Source: Candidatus Latescibacterota bacterium | GTDB taxonomy: Bacteria > Latescibacterota > UBA2968 | Length of the DNA: 64,000 nucleotides | NCBI GenBank assembly: GCA_965205975.1 | Contig: OZ242195.1 | Span: 4,544,001 to 4,608,000, forward strand | Direction of reading: 5' to 3' | Shown: positions 59,300 to 64,000 of the stretch, in pieces | Layout of the letters: each line of letters begins with the position of its first letter | How positions within the stretch are numbered: the first letter of the stretch is position 1 | Notes under the pieces: model-generated | What the model was told of the DNA's origin: nothing | Databases searched by the model: none | What the model saw: only the letters and a program-made list of their open reading frames with translations | Made by a program: the position numbers and the translations under genes

Positions 59300-60808
59300 A
59301 TGCTGAACAAAAAAATAGAACGCTGGGGGCTGTGGCTCGGTCCGGTGATTGGGGTGGGGATCACAGTTTTTGGAGATCTCAAGCCGGGGCATCCCGAGGT
59401 GACACATACGGCAGGTGTGGCCTGCTGGATGGCGGTTTGGTGGATGACAGAGGCCGTGCCTTTGGCTGCGACGGCACTGTTGCCCGTGGTGCTGTTTCCC
59501 CTGCTGGGTATTATGAGCGGGCAAGAGGTTGCGCCACTTTATTTGAATCACATTATTTTTTTATTTGTGGGTGGTTTTATGGTGGCACTGTCCATGCAGC
59601 GCTGGAATTTACACAGGCGAATTGCCCTTCGCTTGCTGCTTCTTTTTGGGGGGTGTCCGCGATGTATTCTGACGGGATTTATGCTGGTAACGGCGTTTTT
59701 GTCCATGTGGATTTCCAATACGGCGACAACGATGATGATGGTGCCAATTGCGCTTGCAATTGTGGTTAGAATGGAAGAGCAGGGTGTGGCAAATCGTTCT
59801 TTTGGCACGGCGGTGTTTCTGGGGGTGGCTTATGCGGCTTCAATTGGCGGAAGTGCAACGCTTGTGGGTACGCCGACCAATTTGTCTTTTGTGAGGATTT
59901 TATCCATTCATTTTTCAGAGGTTCCCGAGATTTCGTTTGCGACATGGTTTGCGTTTGCTCTGCCTCTGGCATGTGTGATGCTCGTTTGTGCGTGGGGTGC
60001 GCTTTGTCTCGTTTTTGGCATTCGCGGTCGCGGCGATGATATTGATATGAGTGTGGTGCGAACGCAATATGCCGAGTTGGGACCGATGTCGTTTGCCGAG
60101 AAGATCGTACTGACCGATTTTGTATTGTTGGCGCTGTTGTGGTTGTCGAGACGTCCCATTCAAATTGGAGATTGGACGTTGCCGGGCTGGTCTCAGTTTT
60201 TCGAGTCTGGCGGATTGATAACCGATGGGTCGGTTGCTATGGCAATGGCTCTGATTTTGTTTGTCGTGCCCGCGCGAGATGGCGCGAGATCCAGGGTGAT
60301 GGATTGGCAAACGGCGGGCAACGTGCCCTGGCATATTGTGTTGTTGATTGGCGGTGGATTTGCTCTGGCAAGTGGGTTTAAGGAGTCGGGGTTGTCGCTC
60401 TGGTGCGCGCAGCAGTTGGAGGGTATGGGGCGCTTGCATCCTCTATTTTTGGTCGGTGGTTTGTGTGTGATGATGACTTTTTTGACTGAGTTGACTTCCA
60501 ATACGGCGACGGCTGAGATGTTTCTTCCGGTTTTGGCGGCGTTGTCTGTAGCTGTGGGTCTCAATCCATTGCTGCTGATGATTCCAGCCACGTTGTCGTG
60601 TTCTTGTGCGTTTATGTTGCCAGTAGCTACGCCACCCAATGCGATTGTGTTTGGCACGGATAGAATTTCCATGCGCGATATGGCGCGTGTGGGTGTGTGG
60701 TTGAATTTGGTTGGGGCAGTGATGATTACTGCTGCGATTGCTGTTGTTGGTCGCGTTGTGCTGGGTATTGAACTTGGGGTAATGCCCGATTGGGCGAGGA
60801 TAGAGTAG
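59300..60808 (+). CDS. SLC13/DASS-family Na+-dependent dicarboxylate/sulfate transporter
   Basis: WWMTEAVPL, LSMWISNTAT, GGSATLVGTPTN, LTELTSNTAT, AFMLPVATPPNAIVFG. Confidence 0.95.
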   Translation: MLNKKIERWGLWLGPVIGVGITVFGDLKPGHPEVTHTAGVACWMAVWWMTEAVPLAATALLPVVLFPLLGIMSGQEVAPLYLNHIIFLFVGGFMVALSMQRWNLHRRIALRLLLLFGGCPRCILTGFMLVTAFLSMWISNTATTMMMVPIALAIVVRMEEQGVANRSFGTAVFLGVAYAASIGGSATLVGTPTNLSFVRILSIHFSEVPEISFATWFAFALPLACVMLVCAWGALCLVFGIRGRGDDIDMSVVRTQYAELGPMSFAEKIVLTDFVLLALLWLSRRPIQIGDWTLPGWSQFFESGGLITDGSVAMAMALILFVVPARDGARSRVMDWQTAGNVPWHIVLLIGGGFALASGFKESGLSLWCAQQLEGMGRLHPLFLVGGLCVMMTFLTELTSNTATAEMFLPVLAALSVAVGLNPLLLMIPATLSCSCAFMLPVATPPNAIVFGTDRISMRDMARVGVWLNLVGAVMITAAIAVVGRVVLGIELGVMPDWARIE

Positions 60809-60821
60809 GCGGAAGGTAGCG

Positions 60822-62597
60822 TCAATCCGCGACCTGTGACTCGCGGGTTGCAATGCGCGATAGTATTTCTCCATTGCGCGTGAGGTCTTGCGCCCGAACC
60901 AGGCGTGCATAGAGTCCATCGCGGTCGATGAGGGAACGGTGATTGCCCGTTTCGACCACGCGACCTTTGTCGAGTACAGCAATGGCAGGCGACCGGCGCA
61001 CGGCGGAGAGGCGGTGGGCAATGACGAGGGTGGTGCGGTTTTGCGTGAGGCGATAAAGGGCTTCTTGAATAAGTGCTTCGGTTTCAACGTCAACAGAGGA
61101 TGTGGCTTCGTCAAGGATGAGGATGGGGGCGTTTTTAAGCAGTGCTCGGGCTATGGAGAGGCGTTGTTTTTCACCGCCGGATAAGCGCACGCCGCGTTCT
61201 CCAATGATGGTGTCATATCCTTTGGGCAGGTCTCGGATAAAGGCATGGGCATTGGCTGCTTGTGCGGCTTTTCGCACCGTGCGTTCGGTCGCATCTGGAT
61301 GACCGAAGATCAGGTTTTCATATACTGTGCCGTGAAATAAAAAGACGTCTTGAAGGACTGAGGCGATGTTTTGGCGCACAAAAGAGAGGGGTAGGTCGCG
61401 CAGGTCATATCCGCCAATGCGAATCGTGCCCTGTTGAGGGTCATAAAATCGGGGCAAGAGGTTGGCAAGGGTTGATTTACCTGCGCCCGTAGGGCCGACG
61501 AGTGCAAGAATATCTCCTTCGTCAATGTACAGGTTGATGTCGTGCAAGATGGGTGTGTTGGGATCATATCCGAAGGTGAGTGCGTCGATGTCAATATCAT
61601 AGGTGATGGTTTTGGGCACGGTGACACCGGGCGCGTCGGTAATTTCTGGACGGATGGCGAGGAGTTGAAAAACGCGGTCTGTGCTGGCGGCGGCTTTTTG
61701 CAATACATCGTTAAAAGACGCCAGTTGCAAAAAAGGCTGGTAGATGTGGCCCATATAGACGATGAAGACAAATAGATCAGCTACCGAGATGCTGTCGCTG
61801 AGGGCCATGTTGCCACCGCTCCAGATGACGAGCACAATGCCCAAGCCTCCTGTGGCTTCGATGATGCCGGCGGGCAGGAGCGAGACTGTGTTGGCTTTGA
61901 TCAAGCGGTCGTGAAAGGTGGCACTGCGGTGGGTTACCTGGCGGGCGCATTCCCGTTCGCGAGCAAATGATTTGATGACGGCAATGCCCGACATGTTATC
62001 CTGTATGAGGGCGGCGAGTTCAGAGAGGCGCTCGCGCACCGCATGCCACATGGCGCGCACTTTGGATACATAGCGATAGACGAGAAATGCCGTGAGCGGG
62101 ATGGGCAATATGGCGATGATGGCGAGTTCTGGGTTGAGGTAAAAGAGCACGGCAACCATGGATATGGGGATAACCGTGGCGAGCGCGGTTTCGGGTATGC
62201 CGTGTGCAATAAAGTCTTCGATGGCTTCGATGTCGTTGATGGAGCGGGCCATGAGATTGCCGGTGCGCTGGCGATTGAAAAAGCTGTGGGATAGGTTTTG
62301 CAGGTGCTTGTACACGCGCGTCATAAGTGCGTGCATCACGCGATAGGCAGTGACGTGGGAAAAAAAGCCATAACCATAACGGGAGACACCGCGAAGCAGA
62401 TAAATCCCGAGGAGTAAGAGGCTGACTTCTATGAGGTCCCCTGCGGGTTTTGCTTCGGTGAGCCACTGGATGAGTTTGCGGATGAGCAATGGTGGGATGA
62501 GATTGGCCGCTGCAAAGATAAGCCCACAGGCGATGCAGCATGCCATAAAGAGACGGCGCCCTTCGAGCAGGTCGTAGATTTGTTTGATAAAGGCCAT
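60822..62597 (-). CDS. ABC exporter, fused permease/ATPase (MsbA-like)
   Basis: TM domain, GPTGAGKST, LSGGEKQR, ILDEATSSVD, IAHRLS. Confidence 0.95.
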   Translation of the reverse strand: MAFIKQIYDLLEGRRLFMACCIACGLIFAAANLIPPLLIRKLIQWLTEAKPAGDLIEVSLLLLGIYLLRGVSRYGYGFFSHVTAYRVMHALMTRVYKHLQNLSHSFFNRQRTGNLMARSINDIEAIEDFIAHGIPETALATVIPISMVAVLFYLNPELAIIAILPIPLTAFLVYRYVSKVRAMWHAVRERLSELAALIQDNMSGIAVIKSFARERECARQVTHRSATFHDRLIKANTVSLLPAGIIEATGGLGIVLVIWSGGNMALSDSISVADLFVFIVYMGHIYQPFLQLASFNDVLQKAAASTDRVFQLLAIRPEITDAPGVTVPKTITYDIDIDALTFGYDPNTPILHDINLYIDEGDILALVGPTGAGKSTLANLLPRFYDPQQGTIRIGGYDLRDLPLSFVRQNIASVLQDVFLFHGTVYENLIFGHPDATERTVRKAAQAANAHAFIRDLPKGYDTIIGERGVRLSGGEKQRLSIARALLKNAPILILDEATSSVDVETEALIQEALYRLTQNRTTLVIAHRLSAVRRSPAIAVLDKGRVVETGNHRSLIDRDGLYARLVRAQDLTRNGEILSRIATRESQVAD

Positions 62598-62675
62598 AAG
62601 TTTATTGTGATTTGAGGTTCGTTATGGTTGTGACCCAAACCTATTATTTGATGGGATAGAAGTCAAGAAAATAGA

Positions 62676-63698
62676 ATGGAGAAAACGACTATGGTGATTA
62701 AAACAGAGGAAGAATTGATCGATCAGATGACGACCCCGTCGCCCGAAGTGGTCGAGGCTATGTCAAAGTTAGATGGTCCCGTGATGATTTTGGGTATCGC
62801 GGGAAAGATGGGACCGACTTTGGCAGAGTTGCTACTGCGCGCTGGCGCAGATGAGGTGATTGGCGTGTCGCGGTTTTCCAATCCGCTGGATCGCGATGAT
62901 CTGGAGTCGCGGGGTATTGCGACGATCAAGTGCGATTTGCTGGACGATGAAGGGCTGGCGCGGTTGCCTCGCGTGCCGTATCTCTATTTGATGGCCGGGC
63001 ATAAGTTTGGAGCAACGGGCAATGAGCCGTTGACCTGGGCGATGAATGCGGTATTGCCCGCAAAAATTATGCAACAGTTTCCAGAGTCGCGCGTTGTTTA
63101 TGTGTCTTCTGGCAATGTTTACGAATTTGCTTCGGTGACGGGGTCGGGTGCTCGGGAGGATGCTGGTGTCAATCCGATTGGCGAATACGCCATGTCCCGG
63201 CTGGGCGGTGAACGGCTTGCCGAGTTTTATTGCAAAGAGAATCGAACGCCTCTGGCAATTGTGCGTTTGTTTTACGCGACTGAGTTGCGCTATGGCATCA
63301 TTTTGGATATTGCCGAAAAGATTAAATCCGAGACGCCTATTGATCTGTCTATGGGCCATGTCAACCAAATTTGGCAGGGCGATGCCAATGCGTATTTGGC
63401 GCGGATGTTTCCGCTTTGTGCATGTCCCGCACGGGTGGTGAATATGACGGGTAAGGATGTGTTGTCGGTGCGCGATTTGGCTTTGCAATTGGGTGAGTAT
63501 ATCGGTATTGATCCGGTGTTTGATGGCGAAGAGCGCGAGACGGCATTGTTGGGCGATGCAGGGGTGCTGTTTGAGGAGATGGGGGTGCCGCAGGTTTCTG
63601 TTGAAGAAATTGTCTCGTGGGTTGCACACTGGGTTATGAGCGATGGTCGTACGTTGGGCAAACCGACAAAATACGAGTCGAGGACAGGGGCGTTTTGA
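62676..63698 (+). CDS. NAD-dependent epimerase/dehydratase
   Basis: ILGIAGKMG, SSGNVY, EYAMSRLGGE, RLFYA. Alternative start at 62691. Confidence 0.88.
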   Translation: MEKTTMVIKTEEELIDQMTTPSPEVVEAMSKLDGPVMILGIAGKMGPTLAELLLRAGADEVIGVSRFSNPLDRDDLESRGIATIKCDLLDDEGLARLPRVPYLYLMAGHKFGATGNEPLTWAMNAVLPAKIMQQFPESRVVYVSSGNVYEFASVTGSGAREDAGVNPIGEYAMSRLGGERLAEFYCKENRTPLAIVRLFYATELRYGIILDIAEKIKSETPIDLSMGHVNQIWQGDANAYLARMFPLCACPARVVNMTGKDVLSVRDLALQLGEYIGIDPVFDGEERETALLGDAGVLFEEMGVPQVSVEEIVSWVAHWVMSDGRTLGKPTKYESRTGAF

Positions 63699-63700
63699 AG

Positions 63701-63795
63701 GGGCGAAAAATTTTTCGCCCGTACCCGTTATTGTACCACCGTAGGGGCAACCCTCGTGGTTGCCCGTTGTCGTAGGGGCGAGGCATGCCTCGCCC
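63701..63795. repeat. Cluster of three GTAG-type REP-like palindromes
   Basis: GGGCGAAAAATTTTTCGCCC-GTAC (63701-63724), GTAGGGGCAACCCTCGTGGTTGCCC (63741-63765), GTAGGGGCGAGGCATGCCTCGCCC (63772-63795). Confidence 0.75.
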
Positions 63796-63813
63796 TTCAT
63801 TAAGGAGTATGAC

Positions 63814-64000
63814 ATGATAAAAGCAGGGATTTCAGAGGTGAATATCACGCCGCCAGTAGGGATTTCAATGTGCGGATTTGCAGCGCGCGGAGGACCATCT
63901 GAGGCGATACACGACGAGTTGTACGCCAGGGTACTGGTGCTGGATGACGGCAAGACGCAGGTCGCAATTGTGGGGGCTGATGTGATTAGTTTTGCGCCGG
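63814..64000 (+). CDS. Neutral/alkaline ceramidase N-terminal-domain-like protein (partial, runs off window)
   Basis: Not in the ORF track. TAAGGAG then ATG, reading MIKAGISEVNITPPVGISMCGFAAR...IHDELYARVLVLDDG. Confidence 0.75.
   Translation, partial: MIKAGISEVNITPPVGISMCGFAARGGPSEAIHDELYARVLVLDDGKTQVAIVGADVISFAP

Overview
Bacterial chromosomal window. The Na+-based bioenergetics suggest a marine organism. DUF6785, GWxTD, internalin-type LRR and dockerin-like surface proteins resemble Latescibacterota/Gemmatimonadota-type host-associated MAGs (inference only). Content in order: a DUF6785-type membrane protein; a ~1095-aa modular surface-protein gene split by two IS elements whose TIRs and TSDs are intact; a histone-H1-like protein; CIRCE-controlled groES-groEL; a long minus-strand operon (S55 peptidase, beta-propeller, reductase-only ribD, ribE, ribBA, ribH, nusB, metallophosphoesterase, secA, rhodanese); rlmH, an enolase-superfamily enzyme, udk and a TorF-like porin. 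Next is a ~20-kb sodium cluster (mrp operon with nhaA embedded, nqrM, apbE, nqrA-F), an LRR pseudogene, a Phd-VapC TA pair, a GWxTD protein, a TPP enzyme, a ROK kinase, an MFS, yggT and a frameshifted SLATT-like gene. The window ends with a membrane-linked double M16 peptidase, an SLC13 transporter, an ABC exporter, an epimerase and a partial ceramidase-like gene. The most striking unexplained signal is non-coding. At 58767-59210, promoter-terminator-bounded hairpin RNAs have mutually complementary loops (CUCCCUCCCGA vs UCGGGAGGGAG). At 23772-24047, an orphan-promoter ~270-nt RNA carries three UCCCC loops. Terminator-containing leaders precede the mrp, nqr and CBS genes. All RNA calls were made by eye and need covariance and RNA-seq tests.
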